Positions 35,155 through 46,734 of a stretch of DNA of 59,694 bases are shown here, piece by piece. The notes below the pieces were generated by a model that did not search any database, was not told where the DNA came from, and was given only the letters and a program-made list of their open reading frames with translations. Both the position numbers and the translations under genes were made by a program. Positions within the stretch are counted from its first letter, which is position 1; every line of letters begins with the position of its first letter. Source of the stretch: an uncultured Hydrogenophaga sp. (GTDB lineage Bacteria; Pseudomonadota; Gammaproteobacteria; Burkholderiales; Burkholderiaceae_C); the NCBI GenBank assembly GCA_964442375.1, contig CAYUAH010000001.1, forward strand, positions 1 to 59,694, given 5' to 3'.

Positions 35155-36375
35155 ATGAGCAGTCTGAATGGTGTGCGCGTGCTCGACCTGAGCCGTGTTT
35201 TCTCTGGCCCTTGGGCCGCCCAGATGCTGGCTGACTTTGGCGCCGACGTGGTGAAGGTCGAACGCCCTGGCCGCGGCGACGACGTGCGCCACCAGGGCCT
35301 GCGGGCCCGTGACGCCCAGGGCAAGGAGACCCGCGAGACCTCATCTTTTCTGGCCATGAACCGGGGCAAACGCTCCATCACCATCGATATCGCCCAGCCT
35401 GCAGGCCAGGCGCTGGTGCGGCAGTTGGCGGCCGACAGCGACATCGTGATCGAGAACTTCAAGGCCGGTGACCTGGCCCGCTACGGTTTGGACCACGTGT
35501 CGCTGCGTACGGTGAATCCCCGGCTGGTGTACTGCTCCATCAGCGGTTTTGGCCAGTCTGGCCCCTACAGCCACCTGCCGGGTTACGACCCGCTGTTCCA
35601 GTCCATGAGCGGGCTCATGAGCATCACCGGACACGCCGACGGCGAGCCCGGTGGGGGCCCCATGCGCGTGGGCTATTCGGTGGGCGACATCACCGCCGGC
35701 TTCTACGCCGTGAGCGCCATCCTGGCCGCCCTGCGCCACCGCGACATGGTGTCGGGTGAGGGCCAGCACATCGACCTGGCGCTGCTCGACGCCCAGGTGG
35801 CCTCGATCTCGCACGTGGCCATGATGTACCTGGTCTCGGGTCAACAGCCGCCGCGCCTGGGCAATGCCTCGCCCATCACCTGCCCCTGGCAGTCCTTCGA
35901 CTGCGCCGATGGTCAGATCGTGGTGGCCGTGGGCAACGACGCCCAATTCGTGGCCTTCTGCGAGGTGCTGGGTTTGCCCGAGCTGCCCTCCGACGAACGT
36001 TTTGCCACCAACCCACAACGGGCCAAACACCGGCTGCTGCTGGTGCCCCTGCTGGCACAAGCCCTGGCGCAACAAACGGTGCACCACTGGCACCGGGCCT
36101 TCGAGGCGGTGGGTGTGCCCAGCGGCCCCATCAACACGTTTGCCGAGGTGTTTGCCGACCCACAAATCGTCCACCGCGAGATGCGCTTGGACTTGCCCCA
36201 CACCTCGGCCGGCAGCGTGCCCCAGGTGGCGAATCCGGTGAAGTTCTCCGCCACGCCGGTGCAATACCACCGCGCACCACCGCTGTTGGGTGAACACACC
36301 GAGCAGGTGTTGAGCGAGCGCCTGGCCCTGAGCGCTGACGACATCGCCCAGCTCAAACGCAACCAGGTGATCTGA
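35155..36375 (+). CDS. CaiB/BaiF class III CoA-transferase
   Basis: 'LDLSRVFSGP', 'NRGKRS', 'ENFK'; RBS GAGGAG. Confidence 0.93.
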   Translation: MSSLNGVRVLDLSRVFSGPWAAQMLADFGADVVKVERPGRGDDVRHQGLRARDAQGKETRETSSFLAMNRGKRSITIDIAQPAGQALVRQLAADSDIVIENFKAGDLARYGLDHVSLRTVNPRLVYCSISGFGQSGPYSHLPGYDPLFQSMSGLMSITGHADGEPGGGPMRVGYSVGDITAGFYAVSAILAALRHRDMVSGEGQHIDLALLDAQVASISHVAMMYLVSGQQPPRLGNASPITCPWQSFDCADGQIVVAVGNDAQFVAFCEVLGLPELPSDERFATNPQRAKHRLLLVPLLAQALAQQTVHHWHRAFEAVGVPSGPINTFAEVFADPQIVHREMRLDLPHTSAGSVPQVANPVKFSATPVQYHRAPPLLGEHTEQVLSERLALSADDIAQLKRNQVI

Positions 36376-36377
36376 GC

Positions 36378-38672
36378 ATGAGCGAGAACGAATCCATTGC
36401 CATGTTCCGCGACAGTGCCAGCGGCTTCCTGGGCGCACAAGACCAGCGCCAGCGCGTGCGCGCGCTGGAAGACGCCGGTGGCGGTTTTGACCGCGCGGTC
36501 TGGCAGCAACTGGCCGAGCTGGGCTGGCTGTCTATCCTGGTGCCCGAAGCCGATGGCGGGCTGGGCCTGGGGTTGGCCGAACTGGCCGCCATCGCCGAGG
36601 AGGCCGGGCACCACCTCTTGCCCGAACCCCTGGTGGATGCCGGGGTCCACCCGGTCGCCTTGCTCGCGCGGCTGCCCGCCGGGGGTTTGCGCGACCACCT
36701 GCTGGCCGAGATCCAGGCAGACGCGAAAGTGGTGGGTGTGGCCTGGCAGGAAAGCGCGGGCGAGATCGAGGCTGGCCTGGGCATGGCCAGCGCCACCCTG
36801 CAGGGGGCACACGCGCGCCTCACGGGACACAAACGTTTTGTGCGCCCCGGCCCCGGTGCCGATGGCTGGATCGTGGCCGCCGGGCTGGATGATGGGCTGG
36901 CCTTGTTCTGGGTGGCGGCCGATGCGCCTGGCCTGACCGTGGGCCACGGCGCTGGGGTGGACGGCGGTGCGATCGCCACGCTGGCGTTGGATGGCGCGCA
37001 GTCCTTGCTGCTGGCGCGGGGCAACACGGCGCTGCTGGCGCTGCAGCAGGCCAACGACATCGCTCGCATCGCCCAGGCGGCCGAGCTGGTGGGCGTTGCC
37101 CGCCGCAGCCTGGAGCTGACCCGCGACTACCTGTGCACGCGTGTGCAGTTCGGTCAACCCATCGGCCGTTTCCAGGCACTGCAGCACCGGCTGGTGGACG
37201 GCCTGATCCAGGTCGAACTCGCCGCTGCCTGCCTGCGCGAGGGGCTGGTAACGGTCACGGATGACAACCTGGCGGCGGTGGCCAGCCGGACCAAGGCGCG
37301 TTGTGCGCATGCGGCCACCGAGATGACGCGTCTGGCCATTCAGTTGCACGGCGCCATCGGCACCACCAACGAGTACGACGTGGGCCTGTACTTCAAGCGC
37401 GCCATGGCGCTGGCCAGCCGCTGGGGTAACGCTGCTGCGCACCGGCGTCGCTGGATGGCCTTGACGTCACACACGGTGCAGCGCAGCCAGGCGCCGGTGC
37501 CGCACCACGACAGCTTTCCCACCGACCTGGACTGGGATGCCATGCCGGACGCGGATTTCCGTGGCATGGTGCGCGCGCTGTTCGCGCGGCATTACCCCGA
37601 ACACCGCCGCCACCTGCCCTACCGCCAGACCTGGGCCGAGTCGCGCGACTGGTACATGACGTTGTCGCGCCTGGGCTGGCTGGCCCCGGCCTGGCCCCGC
37701 GAACATGGTGGCCTGGGGCTGCCGGCCGACAAGCTGATTGCCTACATCGAAGAGAGCGAGGCCTGGGGGGTGGCGCGCCCGCCCGACCAGGGCCTGGTGA
37801 TGATCGGCCCCATCCTCATGCGTTTTGGCACCGAAGCACAACGTCAGCGCTTCTTGCCCAAGGTCTTGTCGGGTGAACACGTGTGGACCCAGGGCTATTC
37901 TGAGCCCAACGCGGGGTCCGACCTTGCTGCGGTGCGGACCGAGGCGGTGCGCGATGGCGGTCACTTTGTGGTCAATGGCCAGAAGACCTGGACCACCTGG
38001 GGCTCGGACGGCACCCACATGTTCATGCTGGTGCGAACCGACAAGACGGTGAAAAAGCAGGCCGGTATCAGCTTTCTGCTGGTAGACCTGAAGACCCCCG
38101 GCATCACGGTGCGACCCATCCGCAACATCGCCGCCGAACAGGAGTTCTGCGAGGTGTTTTTTGACAACGTGCGTGTGCCGTGTGAGAACTTGGTGGGCGA
38201 GCTCAACCAGGGCTGGACGGTGGCCAAGGCCTTGCTGGGCTTTGAGCGGCTGTTCACCGGCAGCCCCAAACATTCACAGCACACCTTGCACCAGGTGGAG
38301 GTGCTGGCACGCCAGCGTGGCCTCTTCGATGACCCCGCCTTTGTGGCGCGCCTGGCCGAGCTGAAGCTGGACACCGCCGACCTGGGTGCGGCCTACACGC
38401 GTTTTGCCGAGATCGCCAAACGCGGTGAGCCTATACCGGCCACGATTTCCATGCTCAAGATCTGGTCGACCGAGACCTACGAGCGACTGGCATTGTTGCT
38501 CATCGAATTGGCGCAGGACTACGGCGCATTGCGCGACCACGCTTTGACCGACGAGATCGACATGCACGTGATGGCGCCCTTGTTCAACGCCATGAACGCC
38601 AAGATTTTTGCCGGCAGCAACGAGATCCAGCGAAACATATTGGCCAAGGCGGTGTTGGACCTGCCGAGCTGA
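36378..38672 (+). CDS. Fused two-domain acyl-CoA dehydrogenase (PimD+PimC / ChsE3-like)
   Basis: N half 'RVQFGQPIGRFQALQH..QLHGAIG'; C half 'QGYSEPNAGSDLA..NGQKTWT..FAGSNEIQRN'. Confidence 0.88.
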   Translation: MSENESIAMFRDSASGFLGAQDQRQRVRALEDAGGGFDRAVWQQLAELGWLSILVPEADGGLGLGLAELAAIAEEAGHHLLPEPLVDAGVHPVALLARLPAGGLRDHLLAEIQADAKVVGVAWQESAGEIEAGLGMASATLQGAHARLTGHKRFVRPGPGADGWIVAAGLDDGLALFWVAADAPGLTVGHGAGVDGGAIATLALDGAQSLLLARGNTALLALQQANDIARIAQAAELVGVARRSLELTRDYLCTRVQFGQPIGRFQALQHRLVDGLIQVELAAACLREGLVTVTDDNLAAVASRTKARCAHAATEMTRLAIQLHGAIGTTNEYDVGLYFKRAMALASRWGNAAAHRRRWMALTSHTVQRSQAPVPHHDSFPTDLDWDAMPDADFRGMVRALFARHYPEHRRHLPYRQTWAESRDWYMTLSRLGWLAPAWPREHGGLGLPADKLIAYIEESEAWGVARPPDQGLVMIGPILMRFGTEAQRQRFLPKVLSGEHVWTQGYSEPNAGSDLAAVRTEAVRDGGHFVVNGQKTWTTWGSDGTHMFMLVRTDKTVKKQAGISFLLVDLKTPGITVRPIRNIAAEQEFCEVFFDNVRVPCENLVGELNQGWTVAKALLGFERLFTGSPKHSQHTLHQVEVLARQRGLFDDPAFVARLAELKLDTADLGAAYTRFAEIAKRGEPIPATISMLKIWSTETYERLALLLIELAQDYGALRDHALTDEIDMHVMAPLFNAMNAKIFAGSNEIQRNILAKAVLDLPS

Positions 38673-38720
38673 ATTTTTGCGATTCGCAGCTTTTTCCCTC
38701 ACGACTACAACGGAGACACC

Positions 38721-39686
38721 ATGACATCAAATCCAGCTACCGCTGTTCCCTCTACCGCACCGTCGGGTTGGCAACGGCGCGACATGTTCAAACTGATGGC
38801 AGCCGCCAGCGGAGTGGCCGCAACAGGGGCGCTGCCCCAGTCTGCGGCTGCTGCGCCTGCACCCATGTGGGTGCCTGCGGAAATGCCACCGTCTGCTCCG
38901 GCCACCGAAGGGTTTGTGGATGTGGGCGGCGCCAAGCTCTGGTACTGGGACACCGGTGGCAGTGGCCAGCCCGTGATATTCATGCACGCGGGTTCACAAA
39001 GCGGGGCTGGATGGGGCTACCAGCAGCCTGTGTTCGCTGCAGCAGGCTTTCGCGCCATCGGTTACTCGCGGCGCGGCTACTTCCGCTCAGAGGCCGGCAA
39101 CCCCCAAGAGCCAGGCTTGGCCAGCGAAGATCTGAACAAGCTGATCGAGCATCTGAAGCTGGACAAGGTGCATTTGGTGGCCATTGCCCATGGCGCCTTT
39201 TTCACGCTCGACTTTGCTCTTGTCTATCCCCACAAGCTGCGCAGCCTGACCATCGCTTCGTCCTACCTCGGCATTTCTGACTCGGAAACCGATTACCTGG
39301 AGGCCAACCGCCGGCTGCGTCCCAAGGAATTCAACGCTTTGCCGGTGGAGTTCAAAGAGTTGCACCCCTCATACCGCGCTGGCAACCCCGAAGGCATGGC
39401 AGCCTGGGTCAAACTGGCCAAGGAGGCCAGCCAGGTGCCACGCATCAATGCCAAGCGGCCGTTTGAGCTGACCTGGGCGCGCCTGGAAAGCATCAAGACG
39501 CCGATCTTGCTGATGACAGGCGATGGAGACCTCTACACGCCACCGGCGCTGCTGCGTATGCAAGCCTCGCACATGCGCCATGCCGAGGTGGTGATCGTTC
39601 CCGAGGCCGGCCACTGCGCGAACTGGGAGCAGCCTGCCGTTTTCAACCAGACGGTGCTGGGCTTCTTGCGCCGGCACGCCGCCTGA
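38721..39686 (+). CDS. Tat-exported alpha/beta-hydrolase-fold protein, nucleophile Ser replaced by Ala
   Basis: 'QRRDMFK' Tat motif; elbow 'VAIAHG'; C-terminal 'AGHCANWE'. Confidence 0.82.
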   Translation: MTSNPATAVPSTAPSGWQRRDMFKLMAAASGVAATGALPQSAAAAPAPMWVPAEMPPSAPATEGFVDVGGAKLWYWDTGGSGQPVIFMHAGSQSGAGWGYQQPVFAAAGFRAIGYSRRGYFRSEAGNPQEPGLASEDLNKLIEHLKLDKVHLVAIAHGAFFTLDFALVYPHKLRSLTIASSYLGISDSETDYLEANRRLRPKEFNALPVEFKELHPSYRAGNPEGMAAWVKLAKEASQVPRINAKRPFELTWARLESIKTPILLMTGDGDLYTPPALLRMQASHMRHAEVVIVPEAGHCANWEQPAVFNQTVLGFLRRHAA

Positions 39687-39703
39687 CCCGGCAGGCACAC
39701 GCG

Positions 39704-40162
39704 ATGCTCGAATTGCAGAACCCCAGCGAGCTGCTGGGTTATGTGGGCCAGCAGCTTGGCAGCAGTGAATGGTTCAACATCGAACAGCGGCACCTCGATG
39801 GCTTTGCCGAACTCACCGGCGACGACTTCTGGATCCACGTGGACACCGAACGTGCCCGCCGCGAGATGCCAGCCGGCAAGACGATTGCCCACGGCCTGTT
39901 CGTGTTGTCGCTGGTGCCCCGCTTGCAGCGCAGCATCTTCCGTGTGGCGCGCCGTGGCAAGGGCTTGAATTACGGTTCAGACCGAGTGCGTTACACGGCG
40001 CCGGTGCCTGTGGGGTCGCGCGTGCGTCTGCACCAGACTCTGAAGGCGGCCGAACGTGTGGGCGCGGCCACACGCATGACCACCGTGTGCGAGTTTGAAA
40101 TTGAAGGCCAGAAGCGCCCCGCGCTGGTGGCCGAGTTCATCCTGCTGTTGCAGGACGAATGA
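39704..40162 (+). CDS. MaoC-family (R)-specific dehydratase
   Basis: 'FAELTGDDFWIHVD', 'TIAHG', 'GLNYG'. Confidence 0.9.
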   Translation: MLELQNPSELLGYVGQQLGSSEWFNIEQRHLDGFAELTGDDFWIHVDTERARREMPAGKTIAHGLFVLSLVPRLQRSIFRVARRGKGLNYGSDRVRYTAPVPVGSRVRLHQTLKAAERVGAATRMTTVCEFEIEGQKRPALVAEFILLLQDE

Positions 40163-40210
40163 GCATCCCTTTCCCAACCTCCCCCTGTCATATTTTTTAG
40201 GAGACAAGAC

Positions 40211-41176
40211 ATGAACAAGCGATCCCTTCTTTTGGTGGGCTCGGCCCTCTTGGCCGGCCTGGTGGCACCTGTGCTGGCGCAGACCCCCTGGCCGGCGCGT
40301 CCGGTCAAGATCATCGTGCCCTACCCGCCGGGCGGTCCTGTGGATCAGCTCGCGCGGGCCATTGCGCCTCGTCTGGGCGAGGTGCTGGGGCAAAGCATCG
40401 TTGTCGACAACAAGTCCGGTGCAAGCGGCACCATCGGCATGGATGCGGCCATCAAGGCCGAACCCGACGGCTACACCTTCGGGTTTGGTGTGCCCGGTGG
40501 CATCACCGTGTTGCCCCACTTGCAGAAAATGCCGTATGTGGTGGACGAGATCCAGTACGTGTCGCTGGTCGCGCGGGTGCCCCAGGTCATCACGGTGGGC
40601 CCCAAGGTGGCGGCCAATACGCTGACCGATCTGGTGGCCATGGCCAAGAAGGACCCGGGTTCGTTGAACTACGGCTCCGCAGGCAACGCCACCACCCCCC
40701 ACCTGGGCGCCGAATTGTTTGCACAGGAAGCCGGCATCAAGATGGTGCACGTGGCCTACAAGGGAGCGGCGCCCGCCGTGACCGCGCTGCTCGGCGGCGA
40801 GATCCAGGTGCTGGCTGCCGACCTGCCGGCGGTGCTGCAGTTCACCTCGCGTGGCGTCAAGATTCTGGCCGTATCGGCAGGACGCCGCTCCGATGCCTTG
40901 CCCAACGTGCCGACCACGGCCGAATTGGGCCTGCCGGGCGTGGTGTCCGAGTCCAACTACGGCATCATCGCGGCCAAGGGCACACCGTCCGCCATCGTGC
41001 AAAAGATGCAGGCTGCCCTGGTGACCACGCTGGCCACACCCGAGGTGGTCAGCCGCATCGCCGCCATGGGTGCGGTCGCGGTTTCCACCACACCCGACGA
41101 GTACCGCAAGCTGATGCAACAGGAGTCGGCGAAGTGGGGAGCGGTCGTGAAGAAGGCCAAAATCACCCTCGATTGA
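40211..41176 (+). CDS. Bug/TctC substrate-binding protein
   Basis: 'WPARPV..PYPPGGPVD', 'HVAYKGAAP'. Confidence 0.92.
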   Translation: MNKRSLLLVGSALLAGLVAPVLAQTPWPARPVKIIVPYPPGGPVDQLARAIAPRLGEVLGQSIVVDNKSGASGTIGMDAAIKAEPDGYTFGFGVPGGITVLPHLQKMPYVVDEIQYVSLVARVPQVITVGPKVAANTLTDLVAMAKKDPGSLNYGSAGNATTPHLGAELFAQEAGIKMVHVAYKGAAPAVTALLGGEIQVLAADLPAVLQFTSRGVKILAVSAGRRSDALPNVPTTAELGLPGVVSESNYGIIAAKGTPSAIVQKMQAALVTTLATPEVVSRIAAMGAVAVSTTPDEYRKLMQQESAKWGAVVKKAKITLD

Positions 41177-41178
41177 AC

Positions 41179-42147
41179 ATGAGCCCCCTGGCAATTGCTG
41201 TGCTGGACGACCACCAGGGCCTGGCGCCCGGGCTGGCAGACTGGGGCAGTTTGCCTGACCCGCTAGACCTGCGGTTTTTCAGCCATTCAGCCCGCGATGA
41301 TGACGAGCTGGTGACGTGGCTGCGGGACTTCGACGTGGTGGTGGCCATGCGCGAGCGCACGGCCTTCCCGGCGTCGGTGATTGAGCGGCTGCCGCGCTTG
41401 CGCCTGATCGCCACCACGGGACTGCGCAACGCCGCCATCGATCTGACGGCCTGCCGGCAACGCGGCATCACCGTCACCGGTGCGCGTGGCGGTCGCAGCG
41501 GGCGCACCAGCACGGCAGAGATGGCCTGGGCCTTGTTGCTGGCGCTGACCAAGCAGGTCTTGCCCTCGCACCAGGCCCTGTGCCAAGGCCACTGGCAACC
41601 CAGGTTGGCGGGGGGCATGTCGGGGCGGGTGCTGGGGCTGGCCGGTCTGGGCAACATTGGCCGCCACATGGCGCGGATTGGCCAGGCTTTTGGCATGGAG
41701 GTGATCGCCTGGAGTCCCCACCTCACACCCGAAAGGGCGGCGCAGGACGGCGTGCGCGCGGTGACCTGTGACGCGCTGTTCCAGGAGTCCGACGTGTTGT
41801 CCCTGCACCTCGTGCTGGGCGCCACCACGGCAGGGCTGGTGTCGGCGCAACGGCTGGCCCTGATGAAGTCCGACGCCTTGCTGATCAACACGGCCCGCGC
41901 CGGTTTGGTCGATGAAGCCGCGTTGCTGGACGCACTGACCCAACGACGCATCGCCGGCGCGGGTCTGGACGTGTTTTGGCAAGAGCCCTTGCCGAGCGAC
42001 CACCCACTGTGCCAACTCGACAACGTGGTGCTCACGCCCCACCTGGGTTATGTCACGCACGACAACCTGGCGGCGTTCTATGCCGGTGTGGTGCAGAACA
42101 TCCGAGCATGGACCGCGGGCGGCCCCTTGTTGCTGCTCACAGACTGA
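41179..42147 (+). CDS. D-2-hydroxyacid dehydrogenase family (NAD-dependent)
   Basis: 'MRERT', GLGNIG, 'INTARAG', 'LDVF..EPL', 'TPHLG'. Confidence 0.92.
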   Translation: MSPLAIAVLDDHQGLAPGLADWGSLPDPLDLRFFSHSARDDDELVTWLRDFDVVVAMRERTAFPASVIERLPRLRLIATTGLRNAAIDLTACRQRGITVTGARGGRSGRTSTAEMAWALLLALTKQVLPSHQALCQGHWQPRLAGGMSGRVLGLAGLGNIGRHMARIGQAFGMEVIAWSPHLTPERAAQDGVRAVTCDALFQESDVLSLHLVLGATTAGLVSAQRLALMKSDALLINTARAGLVDEAALLDALTQRRIAGAGLDVFWQEPLPSDHPLCQLDNVVLTPHLGYVTHDNLAAFYAGVVQNIRAWTAGGPLLLLTD

Positions 42148-42236
42148 AGGTGCAGCTGTCTCTATCACCTTCACCTTCACATTCACAACAACTTTGACGC
42201 CTCGATCGGGGCCTCGCCCGTCTTATTCACGCCCTC

Positions 42237-43442
<1,206 letters not shown>

Positions 43443-43480
43443 ACAGGGGCTGTTGGCTTCGGTCTGCATTGCCCGTGCAG

Positions 43481-43495
43481 GCATAGCAGTCCTGC
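43481..43495 (+). promoter_or_regulatory. Operator site 5
   Basis: GCATAGCAGTCCTGC, 34 bp before TAGACT. Confidence 0.68.
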
Positions 43496-43588
43496 ACGTT
43501 CGGCGCTACCAGCCCGCACAGGGCGGGGCTAGACTGGTCGCTCGCTGGAGACAACCGCGGCCGACCTGCCGCAGCACATGGACAAGTT

Positions 43589-44365
43589 ATGGACAAACTC
43601 ACGCAACTCGACTACGAACTGCAAGGCCATGTGGCCATTCTGACCCTGAACAGCCCGCCGGTGAACGCGCTTACCCGGGTGCTCAACGACGAGCTTACGC
43701 TGGCGCTGGACCGCATCTCCGAAATGGACGAAGTGCGTGTGGTGGTGCTGACGGGCGCGGGCAAGGTCTTTTGTGCCGGTGCCGATCTCAAGGGCCGCGC
43801 ATCGGTCATCCAGGGGCCCGGCGACCTGCCTGCGCATTCGCGCCGGACGCGCGAATGTTTCCATGCCATTCGCGAATGCGCCAAACCTGTTGTTACCGCC
43901 ATCAACGGGGCGGCGCTGGGTTCGGGTTTGGCCATGGCGGCTTCGAGCGACATCCTGATCGCATCCGACAAGGCTTCTCTCGGCCTGCCCGAGGTGGACG
44001 TGGGTCTGCTCGGAGGTTGTCGCCACGCCATGCGCCTGTTCAGCCATTCGCGCTTGCGCCGCATGATGTTGACCGGTATGCGGGTGCCGGGCGAGGAGCT
44101 GTACCGTCTGGGCATTGTGGAGGCTTGCACCACGCCCGAAGAGCTCATGCCCACGGCCTTGGCTCTGGCGCAGACCATCGCGGCTAAGAGCCCCGTCTCC
44201 ACCCGCATGGGCAAACACACCCTCAACGTGATCGAGGACATGAGCCTGCGTGATGGCTACCGCTACGAGCAGGACATGACCGCCCTCATCGCCAAAACCG
44301 ACGACGCCAAGGAGGCGCAGCGCGCCTTTGCCGAAAAGCGTGCACCGGTGTTCACGGGACGCTGA
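43589..44365 (+). CDS. Enoyl-CoA hydratase/isomerase (crotonase) family
   Basis: 'FCAGADL', 'AINGAALGSG', 'LPEV', 'AFAEKRAP'. Confidence 0.92.
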   Translation: MDKLTQLDYELQGHVAILTLNSPPVNALTRVLNDELTLALDRISEMDEVRVVVLTGAGKVFCAGADLKGRASVIQGPGDLPAHSRRTRECFHAIRECAKPVVTAINGAALGSGLAMAASSDILIASDKASLGLPEVDVGLLGGCRHAMRLFSHSRLRRMMLTGMRVPGEELYRLGIVEACTTPEELMPTALALAQTIAAKSPVSTRMGKHTLNVIEDMSLRDGYRYEQDMTALIAKTDDAKEAQRAFAEKRAPVFTGR

Positions 44366-44368
44366 GCC

Positions 44369-45391
44369 ATGAAGCACCTACAGACGTCTGTTCTTTCTGG
44401 CGCTCGCGCGGTCCGTCCTTGGTTGCGCGCTGCCGTGGTCGCCCTGGGCGGGGCGATGCTCGCTGCCCATGCACCCGCCCGTGCCGCCGACTACCCTGAC
44501 CGCGCCGTGCGCCTGGTGGTGCCGTTTCCTGCGGGTGGCGCCACCGACCTCATGGCCCGCGCGCTGGGGCAGAAGCTGGCCGAACGGCTCGGGCAACCGG
44601 TGCTCATCGACAACCGCGCGGGCGCCGGCGGTGGCATCGGAGCAGAGGCGGTGGCCACGGCTGCGCCCGATGGCCACACGCTGCTGTTCGCCACCATGGG
44701 ATCGTTGACCATCAACCCCAGCCTCTACAAAAACTTGCGCTACGACCCGCTGAAGGGATTCGAGCCCATCACGCTCACGCACAACACGTCCAACTTGTTG
44801 GTGGTGCACCCGGATGTGCCGGCCCGCACCGTGGCCGAGTTGATTGCCCTGGCACAGAAGAAGCCTGGCGAACTGACCTTTGCCTCGGCTGGCAACGGCA
44901 CGACCAGCCACCTCTCGGGCGAACTGTTCAACAGCCTGGCCAAGGTCAACCTGACCCACGTGCCCTACAAGGGCAGTGCCCCCGCCATGACGGATTTTCT
45001 GGGAGGTCGCATTTCCATGATGTTCGATACCCAGTCGAACTTCACCGAACACGCGAAGGCCGGCAAAGTGGTGCCGTTGGGTTTGACCGGGCGCAAACGC
45101 TCACCCGCCATGGCCAACGTACCCAGCATTGCCGAAACCCCCGGCCTGGGCGAGTACGAGGTGTCTTTGTGGCTGGGGGTGCTGGCGCCGGCCGGCACGC
45201 CGAAACCCATTGTGGAGAAACTCAACCGCGACATCGGCGCGGTGATGTCCACCCCGGAGATGGCCGCGCAGATGGCGCAAGCGGGCATCGAGGTGCGGCT
45301 CAGCACGCCCCAAGCGTTTGGCCAGCTTATCCGCGCCGATCTGGAGAAATGGGCTGAGGTGGTCAAGCGCACGGGTTTGCGCATGGACTGA
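44369..45391 (+). CDS. Bug/TctC substrate-binding protein
   Basis: 'PFPAGGATD', 'HVPYKGSAP'. Confidence 0.92.
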   Translation: MKHLQTSVLSGARAVRPWLRAAVVALGGAMLAAHAPARAADYPDRAVRLVVPFPAGGATDLMARALGQKLAERLGQPVLIDNRAGAGGGIGAEAVATAAPDGHTLLFATMGSLTINPSLYKNLRYDPLKGFEPITLTHNTSNLLVVHPDVPARTVAELIALAQKKPGELTFASAGNGTTSHLSGELFNSLAKVNLTHVPYKGSAPAMTDFLGGRISMMFDTQSNFTEHAKAGKVVPLGLTGRKRSPAMANVPSIAETPGLGEYEVSLWLGVLAPAGTPKPIVEKLNRDIGAVMSTPEMAAQMAQAGIEVRLSTPQAFGQLIRADLEKWAEVVKRTGLRMD

Positions 45392-45507
45392 TGGGAAGCG
45401 CCACGCGCCCGTCGCAGTCGCCCGTGTGACCCGTCCTGGGCCTGCGAGGGTCTGAATACGCGCGCGACGTTGATACGCTTGCTCGACAAAGCCACCAGGA
45501 CCCCGCC

Positions 45508-46734
45508 ATGTTTGCCGACCTCTCCTCCCGCACCACCGATTTGTTGAACCGCCTGCAGCGTTTTTTTGACGACCACATCTACCCGAACGAAGGCCGATAC
45601 CACGAGGAGCTGGACGCCTTTCGCCGCGCGGGCAATCCGTGGCAGGTGGTGCCGCTGATCGAGGAACTCAAGCCGCTGGCGCGGGCGGCCGGGTTGTGGA
45701 ACATGTTCCTTCCCCACGCCCACCGCGGTGTGCCAGGCATTTCCAACCTGGACTACGCGCCTTTGTGTGAGCTCATGGGGCGGGTGTCGTGGTCGGGTGA
45801 AGTGTTCAACTGCTCGGCACCCGATACCGGCAACATGGAAACGATCGAGCGCTACGGCACCGAAGCACAGAAAGACCAGTGGTTGGAGCCTTTGCTGGCC
45901 GGCGAAATCCGGTCGGGTTTTCTGATGACGGAGCCCGCCGTGGCCTCGTCGGATGCGACCAACATCCAGTGCACGATCACCCGCGACGGCGACGAGTACG
46001 TGATCAACGGTCGCAAGTGGTTTTCATCGGGGGCCGGTAGCCCGCGTTGCCAGATCTTCATCGTCATGGGCAAGACCGATCCGGACGCACCGCGCCATGC
46101 GCAGCAATCCATGGTGTTGGTGCCACGAAACACGCCGGGCATCACAGTGCTGCGACACCTGTCGGTGTTTGGTTACGACGACGCACCCCATGGTCACATG
46201 GAGGTGGTGTTGGACAACGTGCGCGTGCCCGTGGCCAACATCCTGCTGGGCGAAGGGCGGGGCTTCGAGATCGCGCAAGGGCGCCTGGGCCCAGGCCGCA
46301 TCCACCACTGCATGCGCTCCATCGGTGCGGCTGAGCGGGCGCTGGAGATGATGTGCGAGCGTTTGCGCCAGCGCGTGGCCTTTGGCAAGCCGCTGGCCGA
46401 ACAATCCATCTGGCACGAGCGCATCGCCGAATCGCGTTGCCTGATCGACCAGGCGCGCTTGCTGACCCTCAACGCCGCGCACAAGATGGACACCGTCGGC
46501 AACAAGGCCGCCCGCGCTGAGATTGCCATGATCAAGGTGGTGGCACCCAACGTGTCGTGCAAGGTGGTGGACTGGGCCATACAGGCCCACGGCGCGGCGG
46601 GCGTGAGCCAGGACTTTTGGCTGGCCGAGGCCTATGCCCACCAGCGCACCGTGCGCATTGTGGATGGCCCGGACGAAGTGCACCGCAATGCCATTGCCAA
46701 GATCGAGCTGGCCAAGGGAGCGGCGCGGGGCTGA
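45508..46734 (+). CDS. Acyl-CoA dehydrogenase (ACAD10/11-FadE2-like)
   Basis: '[12 protein letters not shown]', '[13 protein letters not shown]', '[14 protein letters not shown]', 'DGPDEVH'. Confidence 0.93.
   Translation: MFADLSSRTTDLLNRLQRFFDDHIYPNEGRYHEELDAFRRAGNPWQVVPLIEELKPLARAAGLWNMFLPHAHRGVPGISNLDYAPLCELMGRVSWSGEVFNCSAPDTGNMETIERYGTEAQKDQWLEPLLAGEIRSGFLMTEPAVASSDATNIQCTITRDGDEYVINGRKWFSSGAGSPRCQIFIVMGKTDPDAPRHAQQSMVLVPRNTPGITVLRHLSVFGYDDAPHGHMEVVLDNVRVPVANILLGEGRGFEIAQGRLGPGRIHHCMRSIGAAERALEMMCERLRQRVAFGKPLAEQSIWHERIAESRCLIDQARLLTLNAAHKMDTVGNKAARAEIAMIKVVAPNVSCKVVDWAIQAHGAAGVSQDFWLAEAYAHQRTVRIVDGPDEVHRNAIAKIELAKGAARG

Noticed and set aside
42164-42190. TTCAC(C/A) short tandem repeat
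   Set aside because: Only ~4 imperfect units of low-complexity intergenic sequence
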